DNA of 64,000 nucleotides from an uncultured virus (IMG/VR IMGVR_UViG_3300020046_001945) (taxonomy: Duplodnaviria > Heunggongvirae > Uroviricota > Caudoviricetes). A program made the position numbers and the translations under genes. The DNA lies in the IMG/VR virus record IMGVR_UViG_3300020046_001945; one strand, written 5' to 3'. The notes beneath the pieces were generated by a model that saw only the letters and a list, made by a program, of their open reading frames with translations, did no database searches and was not told the DNA's origin. Positions 26,631-35,446 of the stretch are shown piece by piece (within the stretch, counting starts at the first letter, position 1; each line of letters opens with the position of its first letter).

Positions 26631-27188
26631 ATGTCAGATTTAATAAAGTCAAAAGAACGAGTATCAGAACATGGTGAAGTGTTCACTCCAGAGCATATTG
26701 TTTTGGAGATGATTGCTCTTATTGATGATTATATTTGGTCTAACAAAGAATACATTTGTCTGGAACCCACATGCGGAAACGGAAACTTTGTTGTTGAAGT
26801 TATTAAAAAGAAAATCACATGTGGGCTATCTATTTTCCAAGCTGTTAACACTACTTTTGGTATGGATATTATGGAAGACAATATATTCGAATGCCGAGAA
26901 CGAGTATTACGAATTTGCTTAGACTATGAAGATGATAGTAAAAAATTGTTTAGGTTATCCTGTGTAATTGTGAATAATATCTTTCAAGTAGAAGATAGTT
27001 TAACATATATTCAAAACAAAGATTGGGAAAATAAGAAATTCTTTGATGAAGACCCAACAACCGAAGTTGAAGAAAAAGGATTGAATAAGTTCTTTAATAA
27101 AAAACAAACATCTCAAATTCTATCACTATCAGAACAAGACAAAATTAAAACCGAAACAAAAACATTTCTGAAGAAAGTCAACTCATGA
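26631..27188 (+). CDS. adenine DNA methyltransferase SAM-binding subunit
   Basis: GEVFTP (motif X), LEPTCGNGNF (motif I), FGMDI; no NPPY. Confidence 0.8.
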   Translation: MSDLIKSKERVSEHGEVFTPEHIVLEMIALIDDYIWSNKEYICLEPTCGNGNFVVEVIKKKITCGLSIFQAVNTTFGMDIMEDNIFECRERVLRICLDYEDDSKKLFRLSCVIVNNIFQVEDSLTYIQNKDWENKKFFDEDPTTEVEEKGLNKFFNKKQTSQILSLSEQDKIKTETKTFLKKVNS

Positions 27189-28759
27189 ATTTCAAAGGGT
27201 TTAAGTTGGGGGAACATTATCTATCTGCGTATCAATTAGAATGGATAAAAAAGGCCGAAACTACATCTCCAGAACTGTTATCCATTTGTAATAATGCTGA
27301 CGAATATTATACCGAAACAATTGGTGGAGTTGAAGCCGAACTTGTGTGTGACAGAAAGACATTTTCGTTTCCAGTTTATCGTCCAAATTTAGATAAAATG
27401 TGTGATGGACGAAGCAAGATACGAGGAAATGGAGAACCTGTTGATTTTGATTTAATTTTTCAAGATAAGAGAAATAGGAAATCGTTAATTGTTAGGATTG
27501 ATGAGTGGCAAGACCCCGAAACCAATAACTACATTGGACCAAATCTTCAATGTTATATGACGCCTGAGAAACTTGTGAAAGATATATGCTCACAATTTGA
27601 ACCGGAGTTTAACAATTTCACAACCTCTGAATTTTGGGTGTTGTTTAATCTTGAATTTATTGATGAACTGGTCTTTGAGAGAAATGTGAAGCGTGCTCGA
27701 GTAAAATTCTTCACAGATAATGTAATTAAATCTAAATGGGCTGTTAAGATGTATGGTGTCGAATCATATGTTATAAACGTTGACGAATTTCTAAACCAGG
27801 ATAAAATCATGCCAAAGTCAAACAAAATTATTGTTATCGGAAATCCTCCTTATAATGAAAATTCGAATGATAGCGATTCGAGACCGATTTATAATAGATT
27901 TATTGAAACAGTTATCGATTATATCAAACCAACAAAATTGTCAATGATTGTTCCAAGTCGCTGGATGCTTGGAGGAAAGGGTCTTAATAAATTCAGAAAT
28001 CGTATGATGAACGATTCTCATATTGTAAAATGTAATGATTATAAAAATTCTTATGATATTTTTCCTGGGGTTGATATTGCTGTTGGTGTGAATTATTTTC
28101 TATGGGATTCTGAATATACCGGACCTTGTAATTTTAATGGAGAAATTCGCTATCTTAATGAATTTGATGTTGTTGTTAGAGATAAAGAATCTATCGGCAT
28201 TATAAAGAATATCCAATCAAACGATAAATTATTTTTAATTGATTCTGTTTCGGTCTCAAAACCATATAATATCCGAACAAGTGAACCAACTACAGCGTCT
28301 GGTATTCTTTGTTTATATACACAAAAACTTGGAAAACAATATGTTAACCAAAAGTCCGTAACCGATAAACAAAATAATATAAATTCTTGGAGAGTTATTG
28401 TTCCTATAGCCCCAATTGCTGGTCAAACAAACTTCAATAAACCAATTTCAATTTACAATAACAATAATATTATAAAATTACCACCATCCGAAATTTGTTC
28501 AGAAGCATATATTGTTTTGAAAACGTTGTCGTCAGAATATGAATGCGACAATTTTATAACTTATATGAAGACGAAATTTTTTAGGTTCCTTCTTCTTCTG
28601 CGTATTGATGGTCAGAATGTTTCAAGAGATTGTTATGCGTGGGTTCCTGACCAAGAAGATTACTCTCGTTCATACAATGACGAATATCTTTACCAAAAAT
28701 ACAATCTCTCTCAGGAGCAGATTGAATACATTGAATCCAAAATCAAAACTATTCCATAA
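27185..28759 (+). CDS. Eco57I-like adenine methyltransferase catalytic/target-recognition subunit
   Basis: IGNPPY, IVPSRW, IFPGVDI..GV.YFLW, YM.TKFFRFLL; no intact motif I. Confidence 0.8.
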   Translation: MNFKGFKLGEHYLSAYQLEWIKKAETTSPELLSICNNADEYYTETIGGVEAELVCDRKTFSFPVYRPNLDKMCDGRSKIRGNGEPVDFDLIFQDKRNRKSLIVRIDEWQDPETNNYIGPNLQCYMTPEKLVKDICSQFEPEFNNFTTSEFWVLFNLEFIDELVFERNVKRARVKFFTDNVIKSKWAVKMYGVESYVINVDEFLNQDKIMPKSNKIIVIGNPPYNENSNDSDSRPIYNRFIETVIDYIKPTKLSMIVPSRWMLGGKGLNKFRNRMMNDSHIVKCNDYKNSYDIFPGVDIAVGVNYFLWDSEYTGPCNFNGEIRYLNEFDVVVRDKESIGIIKNIQSNDKLFLIDSVSVSKPYNIRTSEPTTASGILCLYTQKLGKQYVNQKSVTDKQNNINSWRVIVPIAPIAGQTNFNKPISIYNNNNIIKLPPSEICSEAYIVLKTLSSEYECDNFITYMKTKFFRFLLLLRIDGQNVSRDCYAWVPDQEDYSRSYNDEYLYQKYNLSQEQIEYIESKIKTIP

Positions 28760-28767
28760 GAAGTATC

Positions 28768-30414
28768 ATGTCAAATTTCCAGCCAGTAAAAGTTTTCGAT
28801 CCGTCCAACCCTTCTGATTTTCTAATTGCTAATAGTCAAGAAGAACATATTCGGCACATTGTTTCTTTTGCGGCAAGACAAATCACCCCCGCATATGAAC
28901 CTTATTTCAACTATAATAACGTCTTCGCGGACAAGTTTTTTGATTCTCTAAGACCGCACCAAAAAGCTTCTTTAGTTAATTCAACAAGTTGTGATATTGG
29001 TCAATTTATTCTACCAACATCTACAGGAAAAACCCGCGCCGGAATTTCGATTCTTCTTAAAGATGCGTTAGAAAAACACAATCTCAAAAAGAGTGGTGTT
29101 TATTTAATTGGAAATCATCGTCTAACACTTTCGGAGCAATTGATTGAAGAAACGATCAAAACTTTTAAGAATTGTGGATTGTTGTTTGATGTTCTGCTTG
29201 TAAATTCTGACAAAAATGACAACACCGATTTTCAGCTTCCGATTGATGAGTTTGAAGTTTTAAGCACAACAACCAAAGATGAAATTCAAAGATTTCATCG
29301 CATTTCTCGTAAAAATAACAAACATCTGCTGATTGTATCAACATACCATTCTATCAATAGACTTAAAGATTTATATATTGATATTGCTGTTTTTGATGAA
29401 GCTCACGAATTAACCAAAGATAAGTTTTCTGAGAACTTAAAAGATGTTACAAATATCCAAAGGAGATATTTCTTCACAGCAACCAGAAAGACAATAAACA
29501 CAACCAATGGAATGGGTAATGAATTCCTGTTTGGAAAAGTTCTTTATTCATTTCCTCCTAAAGAAGCTATTGACCTTGGGGAGATGTGTAGTCCAAAGTT
29601 ACATATTGTAAAATGTGACAATGAAACAGCAAACTCTGATAATATGTCAATAAAAACAACTATCGACGCATTTTTAGTTCACCAATCAAATATATCGCGT
29701 CTAAGTTCGTCTCCAGGAAAATTGGGAGCAAAAATGTTGATTTCTACTTGCGGAACTCAACAAATGTATGATATTCATAACAATAACGAATTCCAAACAT
29801 TTTGTAAAGAAAATGATATAAATGTCTTTACATTTAGTTCTTCTGATGATTTTGGATATTATCACAATTTTAGAAAGACAACTCGCAAAAATGTCTATGG
29901 TGAATTGAAACAATTGAAAGATTCGGAGAAAGCTATTATTCTTCATTATGACATTTTATCTGAAGGGATAGATGTTCCTGGAATTACTGGAGTAGCTATA
30001 TATCGGCAAATGAGTTTGTCTAAAATGCTACAAACAATCGGAAGATGTTTGCGACTTCATCCTGATGACCGTTCCAACATTTATTCAAAACAAATGTTGC
30101 CGTCTGAAACTGATAAATTTATAAAACCATTTGGGTGGGTGATTCTACCAGAATATTTCAATATAAAATTTGATGAAATGGAAGAACTTATTTTAGAGTT
30201 GTATAATGACTACAACTTGAAGGATGAAGACATTTTTGAAGATAATTCACCTTTAGGTATGAAAACATTTTTAGTTCAAACAGTCACAGAAGATGATGTA
30301 TCAGAAACGACCACCAAAGACTATTCAACCACACATATCATAAAATCTGTTCAAGACAAAATGATTCGTGATTGGATTTCGCAGTTTAGTATTAGTGACT
30401 TGATGCTTATGTAA
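28768..30414 (+). CDS. SF2 DEAH helicase (restriction-associated type)
   Basis: LRPHQ, PTSTGKT, STYHS, DEAH, TAT, LSEGIDVP, QTIGRCLR. Confidence 0.88.
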   Translation: MSNFQPVKVFDPSNPSDFLIANSQEEHIRHIVSFAARQITPAYEPYFNYNNVFADKFFDSLRPHQKASLVNSTSCDIGQFILPTSTGKTRAGISILLKDALEKHNLKKSGVYLIGNHRLTLSEQLIEETIKTFKNCGLLFDVLLVNSDKNDNTDFQLPIDEFEVLSTTTKDEIQRFHRISRKNNKHLLIVSTYHSINRLKDLYIDIAVFDEAHELTKDKFSENLKDVTNIQRRYFFTATRKTINTTNGMGNEFLFGKVLYSFPPKEAIDLGEMCSPKLHIVKCDNETANSDNMSIKTTIDAFLVHQSNISRLSSSPGKLGAKMLISTCGTQQMYDIHNNNEFQTFCKENDINVFTFSSSDDFGYYHNFRKTTRKNVYGELKQLKDSEKAIILHYDILSEGIDVPGITGVAIYRQMSLSKMLQTIGRCLRLHPDDRSNIYSKQMLPSETDKFIKPFGWVILPEYFNIKFDEMEELILELYNDYNLKDEDIFEDNSPLGMKTFLVQTVTEDDVSETTTKDYSTTHIIKSVQDKMIRDWISQFSISDLMLM

Positions 30415-30431
30415 AACTTAACAAAGGAACT

Positions 30432-31070
30432 ATGAACGAATCACCAAACTTATCAAAATTAATAACCTACGAGACATATCTAAAAGAAATATTTACAATC
30501 ATTAGACCAAAGCGAACAATCAATACATTAGTAGACGATATATCAAAAATAGGAAAACGTGTAGCTGAAAAATGTATTGATTCGGAAGACAATGAAATAA
30601 CTCGCAAAATTGAATATGATAAAAAGTATAACAAAATAACTGGTGGAGTTTTTGAATGTTTCTTTATCATATTCAACCATATATTTCAAAATGACCCCGA
30701 AGTTGGATTGAAATTTTGTTCAGCAACAACGTCTAATAACGATTTTGGTGTAGATGCGACAGGTGTTAATGCTAATGGAATTCCTTGTGCTGTCCAAATA
30801 AAGTTCAGGTCTAATGTAAAAGACTTAATAACATATGAAGATATTTGTAAAACTTACGCAAGTGGTCGCATTGATTTTAATATAGATACAGACAAAGATA
30901 ATTCAATTTGGGTGTTTACTACTGGAACTGTTAATTATATTGCTTTGAATAGATTCCGAACCCGACTTAAAGTTATTGATAGGAAACTAATGGGAATAAA
31001 AATGAACAATAATGATTCTTTTTGGGAAGAGGCTTGGCGACTTGTAAACAACCTTGAGGAAATGAAATAA
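30432..31070 (+). CDS. PD-(D/E)xK, Mrr-like nuclease
   Basis: G.VFE...DFGVD...AVQIKFR. Confidence 0.65.
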   Translation: MNESPNLSKLITYETYLKEIFTIIRPKRTINTLVDDISKIGKRVAEKCIDSEDNEITRKIEYDKKYNKITGGVFECFFIIFNHIFQNDPEVGLKFCSATTSNNDFGVDATGVNANGIPCAVQIKFRSNVKDLITYEDICKTYASGRIDFNIDTDKDNSIWVFTTGTVNYIALNRFRTRLKVIDRKLMGIKMNNNDSFWEEAWRLVNNLEEMK

Positions 31071-31082
31071 TTCAGAAAATAA

Positions 31083-31114
31083 CTCTTGACTTGGCAAAAA
31101 TAAGAGAGTATATT
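31083..31114 (+). promoter_or_regulatory. early promoter and right copy of 32-bp direct repeat
   Basis: TTGACT-N17-TATATT. Confidence 0.85.
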
Positions 31115-31143
31115 GAAGGAGGCTAAGAGCCTCCTTCTTTTTT
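31115..31143 (+). terminator. intrinsic terminator
   Basis: GAAGGAGGC-TAAGA-GCCTCCTTC followed by T6. Confidence 0.85.
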
Positions 31144-31158
31144 CCAAAGGTAATCCAA

Positions 31159-31410
31159 ATGTCTGAAACTCCTTCGTCTGTTCCGTCCATTTCTCCTTTT
31201 GGAATTTTTGGAGGAATTAGGAATGAAAATGGTGACTATCTGTCCATTGAAACTTTTGGACAAGCTGTAGTTATTAAGATTCATAACGGGGATAACAAAG
31301 CCCTGTTTACGATTTCTCACAACAACCTAATTCGGGCTGTTGATGATATTAACGATGAATTGAAGAAGTGTTGTGACCGCGTTCGTTCTGATTGTGCGAT
31401 CGATACCTAA
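31159..31410 (+). CDS. hypothetical protein
   Basis: 83 aa ORF downstream of the promoter. Confidence 0.6.
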   Translation: MSETPSSVPSISPFGIFGGIRNENGDYLSIETFGQAVVIKIHNGDNKALFTISHNNLIRAVDDINDELKKCCDRVRSDCAIDT

Positions 31411-32036
31411 ACGCTCATCGCAAAATAGCAATCCCATTCAGGTGGCAGGTAGTAGTAACTATCTGCCATTTTTGTTTTTGGTAATCTTGAATACACATGG
31501 TCATTTTTCGGACTTCCCGTCTCACTATACCAAGTTCTATATTTTTTAGCATATTGGAAAAAGTAAAGATATGAATTGGATGATAGAATATATTCTTCCA
31601 TATTTACAGGAAGATTGAATTCATCTATCATCTTTATTGTCATACATTCACATTCATATTCAACATCTTGTATTTTTCTTACGACTGTTTCTAATTCTTC
31701 CGCACTTAATTCAATATCTTTTTCAATCCAGTTCCACCACAAATCATATGCTTGCTTTCCATTAAATGTTAAATCTTGCCAACATTTTGATTTGTTTTGC
31801 TTCTGAAGAAAATGATTGTATTCATGAGCTAATGTAGAAACCCAATCTAAACCTTCATCAACAACTACTGCCAACTCTTTATTATCTTCGGAATAATATC
31901 CTTCGACTTTAGAACCAGCAATATAAAGGCCAGACCCAAGAACTAAACGGAACTTGTGTCTGGCATTTTTTAATTTTTTATCTACAATAGAAACGAACTC
32001 ATCTACGAATTCGTTTCCAGTTTCGATTATTATCAC
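31407..32036 (-). CDS. HEXXH zinc metallopeptidase-like protein
   Basis: TLAHEYNHFLQ plus downstream E.ECE. Confidence 0.65.
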   Translation of the reverse strand: MIIIETGNEFVDEFVSIVDKKLKNARHKFRLVLGSGLYIAGSKVEGYYSEDNKELAVVVDEGLDWVSTLAHEYNHFLQKQNKSKCWQDLTFNGKQAYDLWWNWIEKDIELSAEELETVVRKIQDVEYECECMTIKMIDEFNLPVNMEEYILSSNSYLYFFQYAKKYRTWYSETGSPKNDHVYSRLPKTKMADSYYYLPPEWDCYFAMSV

Positions 32037-33032
32037 TTACTCCTCAAATGCTTCAATAATATCCATAACAATACGGGAACGCTGTATATCATCTTTAGTA
32101 ATTTTGACAACTCCGACATCTTCCAAATCTCCCAACTTTTTAACACAAGCGTCCAAACTATTCTCATCTTTTGACTTCAAATCTGTCTGACTTGAATCGC
32201 CGCAGCAAACATACTTACTATGTGTTCCGAAACGAGAAAGAATGGTTCTTAGTTCCATTGAGCTTAGGTTCTGGATTTCGTCAATAATAACATATGAATT
32301 ATCCAAGGTCGCTCCACGAAGAAAACTTACAGGAGTGAATATAATTTTCTTCTCAGCTAATAGTTGTTCGTATTCTTTGATACCAACCAAGTTGATAAGT
32401 TCGTGGACGATTGTTTCGTAATAATTAGCAATCTTCTCATCCAAATCTCCTGGCATGAAACCAAGAGCATCTTTTCCGCCAACGTGAACTAATGGGCGAC
32501 AAACCCGAATATTATCATATCTACCTTCGTTCAAATACTTCAAACCCATTACAAGAGCAAAAAGAGTTTTACCACCACCTGCACATCCAGCTACAAATGT
32601 CAATTTCTTGTATTTGATATTCTTTACAATTGATTCCTGGTTCTTTGTTCTTGGGCTGATTTCTTTACCATCATGAGTAGTGTAAATTGCTCTAAACTTT
32701 GTATCTCCATATGGTCTTGGAAGATATTCTGAAATAACATCATCAATATCTTCATCAGCAATTACAAGTTCCGAATCAATCCAATCAAATATCTTTTCAA
32801 GAACGATTGCGGCTTTGCGACAATGCTGAACGTCTCCTGAAATATAAAACGTATTTCCTTTCAAATCAATCTCAACACCAAATGCTTTTTTTATCTTAAT
32901 CAAATCTGTTGAACAGAGTTCCGACAACATATCATATTCAACAACTAATTTAACAACATTTGTATCAATCACGATGCCAATTGGCTTTCTGCTATCTCTC
33001 AGCTTACCTTTTTTAATAGGGGGTTTGGCCAT
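32037..33032 (-). CDS. phoH: PhoH-family ATPase with N-terminal KH-like domain
   Basis: PRTKNQ, GCAGGGKT, RP.V, LGFMPGDL.EK, FLRGATL, DEIQN, GD..QTD. Confidence 0.92.
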   Translation of the reverse strand: MAKPPIKKGKLRDSRKPIGIVIDTNVVKLVVEYDMLSELCSTDLIKIKKAFGVEIDLKGNTFYISGDVQHCRKAAIVLEKIFDWIDSELVIADEDIDDVISEYLPRPYGDTKFRAIYTTHDGKEISPRTKNQESIVKNIKYKKLTFVAGCAGGGKTLFALVMGLKYLNEGRYDNIRVCRPLVHVGGKDALGFMPGDLDEKIANYYETIVHELINLVGIKEYEQLLAEKKIIFTPVSFLRGATLDNSYVIIDEIQNLSSMELRTILSRFGTHSKYVCCGDSSQTDLKSKDENSLDACVKKLGDLEDVGVVKITKDDIQRSRIVMDIIEAFEE

Positions 33033-33121
33033 TTGTTTTACCTTTTGGTTATTAAAAATCTCAAAAATCTCAAATTGAAAGAAAATAATTTACGTTTATA
33101 TTTCCGGAGACCTCCTTATAA

Positions 33122-33162
33122 AACAGAAAACGGGAACAGAGAGTTTTAATCCCCATTCCCGT
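33122..33162 (-). terminator. terminator-like hairpin upstream of phoH
   Basis: ACGGGAAUGGGGA-loop-UCUCUGUUCCCGU followed by UUUCUGUUU; three G-U pairs fix the strand. Confidence 0.7.
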
Positions 33163-33201
33163 AAAACAAATTGTTTGTTTTCTTGTCATACTATCCAATT
33201 A

Positions 33202-33366
33202 TTAAAAGAAATCTTGTGAAAAATCTTCAGGGTCATCTAACATAAATGAATGACTACTCTTTTGTTCATCATAATCATCTATAGATTGCCACTGCATAAA
33301 TTGGTCAAGTGGCTGGTCAAAAGAAAATTCATTTGACATATCTTGTGAATAAAAATCGTCCATCAT
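33202..33366 (-). CDS. very acidic 54 aa protein (not in ORF track)
   Basis: MMDDFYSQD...DDPEDFSQDFF; AAGG RBS-like site; TAAATA at 33407-33412. Confidence 0.55.
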   Translation of the reverse strand: MMDDFYSQDMSNEFSFDQPLDQFMQWQSIDDYDEQKSSHSFMLDDPEDFSQDFF

Positions 33367-33415
33367 CCCATACCTTTATTTTAACGTTGTCATAATTGAA
33401 AAGCACTATTTATTT

Positions 33416-33943
33416 TTATTTAGTAACGAATATTATAGTAGCTACAATAACAACTGAAGCAACAAATCCCGAAATAACTCCATGTAACAATCCCCGCTTG
33501 TATTGAACCACCTCATTCTTTTTTGATTCAATTACAAGAGTATCAACTTTTGAAACAACTGAGTCTAACTGAGCATTACAAGAATCTCTATCAGAAGTCA
33601 TCAACACTAATGAAGAAGAATCTCTCTCAAATTTAATTTTATATTCTAAACATTTCTCTAATTGCGAATTCTCAACACAAACAGAATCCCCACCATTACT
33701 AACTATCTCTTGATTGAAATCTAATTCTTTTATATTTGATATACGGGCGCTTGCTTTTTTTCTAACGACTTCTATCTTAGTATCCGTATATCTCGTCTGT
33801 TCTTTTCTGATGGTTTGGATGTTGTGTATTTCTCTTTGGATGCGAACAATAGTCTTTTGTTCTGTTTGTTTTGGCCAGAAGAAAAGAATTATTGAAATTG
33901 CGAAAAGAATATAACCAAGAATTGAAAGTTTGTTTACCGACAT
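33416..33943 (-). CDS. protein with N- and C-terminal transmembrane segments (possible spanin-like lysis protein)
   Basis: hydrophobic termini flanking a coiled-coil-like, Cys-containing middle. Confidence 0.5.
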   Translation of the reverse strand: MSVNKLSILGYILFAISIILFFWPKQTEQKTIVRIQREIHNIQTIRKEQTRYTDTKIEVVRKKASARISNIKELDFNQEIVSNGGDSVCVENSQLEKCLEYKIKFERDSSSLVLMTSDRDSCNAQLDSVVSKVDTLVIESKKNEVVQYKRGLLHGVISGFVASVVIVATIIFVTK

Positions 33944-34467
33944 TCTTCTACAAACTCCACATTATAATCTTCTGTCTTGAACGAAACTTCAAATGTCATT
34001 TCGTTAGCAGTTCCATATTCTAATGTCAAAGGACTAATATTTGAAATGAAGCAATTAGTGTATATGTATTTTACTTTTTCTCTTTTTTCATTATCTAAGA
34101 AAATTATCTTAATATCATCAATCATGTTTAACCGAAAGAACTTTTTACCATCTATATTCTTCTGATTTCTTAAAGCATGAATCCAAGCATATATGTAATG
34201 GTAATTTAACATATCTTCGGAAAGTTTGAACGTAATAGATAAATCCGAAAGGTCTTGATTGATACGAGAAATTGGATGGTTCACATGATAGTTCACAAAA
34301 TCCGATTCTGTATACGCAACATCAAGACCTGGGAAATTTACACTCTTAATATACAATTCATACAAATCAAAATTTTTGTAGTTATCAAGATTGTTTGGAG
34401 TGAATCCAGGTATGTTACTGAAAATCACTCTAAACTTATCAGAGAATTGAATATTAGGAAGTGCCAT
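33934..34467 (-). CDS. tail tube terminator (T4 gp3-like)
   Basis: SVNFPG...L.ITF.LSEDMLNY..IY.W tube-fold pattern. Confidence 0.7.
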   Translation of the reverse strand: MALPNIQFSDKFRVIFSNIPGFTPNNLDNYKNFDLYELYIKSVNFPGLDVAYTESDFVNYHVNHPISRINQDLSDLSITFKLSEDMLNYHYIYAWIHALRNQKNIDGKKFFRLNMIDDIKIIFLDNEKREKVKYIYTNCFISNISPLTLEYGTANEMTFEVSFKTEDYNVEFVEECR

Positions 34468-34471
34468 TATA

Positions 34472-34987
34472 TTATCCTACAAGTGCTTGAATTTCTTCAT
34501 CGCTTTCTTTAACTAACTTAATTACCGTAGCAAATAAATCAGAATCGAGAGTTTCCGGAATTGTCTTAAAAGAAGTCTTGACAATATTAACTTCTATCTC
34601 TTCATTTACAAACTTAGTAAATTCGTCTTTTAATGAATCTACTCGCTTCACATCGTCAGCATACTTCTCAGAAAGCTCTACCATCTCCTTACGAACTTCA
34701 TCAGTCTTGTCTTCAGAAATATCATAACGATTCTCAACAATAACTGGCTTGTCAAACTCGTCTCTATTAGAAAACTTCTCCAAGATAGAAACGCGGTCCT
34801 TTTCAAACTGCCTAAGCTTTTCATCATAGATAATTTCATATTCTTTCTTTCCGGCTTCATCAATAATAGCCTTCAATTCTACCTTAGTCTTTTCAACCGC
34901 ATATAGAAAGAAACGATTGTATTCTTTCTTTGGTAGAGAAGAAATACTCTTAAATAATTCAACTGCTTCTAATCTTGTCATCTTCAT
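34472..34987 (-). CDS. hypothetical helical protein (possible fibre chaperone)
   Basis: 171 aa ORF downstream of the fibre gene. Confidence 0.55.
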   Translation of the reverse strand: MKMTRLEAVELFKSISSLPKKEYNRFFLYAVEKTKVELKAIIDEAGKKEYEIIYDEKLRQFEKDRVSILEKFSNRDEFDKPVIVENRYDISEDKTDEVRKEMVELSEKYADDVKRVDSLKDEFTKFVNEEIEVNIVKTSFKTIPETLDSDLFATVIKLVKESDEEIQALVG

Positions 34988-35002
34988 ATTATAGCAACCT
35001 TT

Positions 35003-35446
35003 CTATTGTATTATTGACATCAAATGAGATATCTCTTCATCACTCAAATTCAAAAACATCTCATCGTCTGTTTCATCTATATTTATAACAGCGTTGGGTT
35101 TGTATTCTGACGAAATGTAATGAGTGTATTGGTTTAGAGCAACCATATCTGGGTGATTCTCGTTACTGCGAATAAGTTCCTCAACGGGAGATATACTAAC
35201 AAGCTTATACTCACCAACAATTATATTTCCATGTTCAGAATTTAGAGACTTAATCAATTCTTGTTTCTCTGTTTCAATCCTCATAACTTCTGGAGTAATA
35301 TATGACTTCTTAATTTCGTCTTGAATTACCTTCTCTGCTTTTAGTTCAGAAATAATAGAGAACAATTTATGCCGAACAATTGGATTGCTTGGCATTTTTA
35401 TTTTACTCAATATTTCCAACACAGAATCAATATCTTTTATTTTCAT
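35003..35446 (-). CDS. hypothetical helical protein
   Basis: 147 aa ORF coupled to the fibre gene. Confidence 0.55.
   Translation of the reverse strand: MKIKDIDSVLEILSKIKMPSNPIVRHKLFSIISELKAEKVIQDEIKKSYITPEVMRIETEKQELIKSLNSEHGNIIVGEYKLVSISPVEELIRSNENHPDMVALNQYTHYISSEYKPNAVINIDETDDEMFLNLSDEEISHLMSIIQ

Noticed and set aside
33054..33073. Pho box upstream of phoH
   Set aside because: The repeat period is 9 bp and it does not match the CTGTCAT 11-bp pattern.
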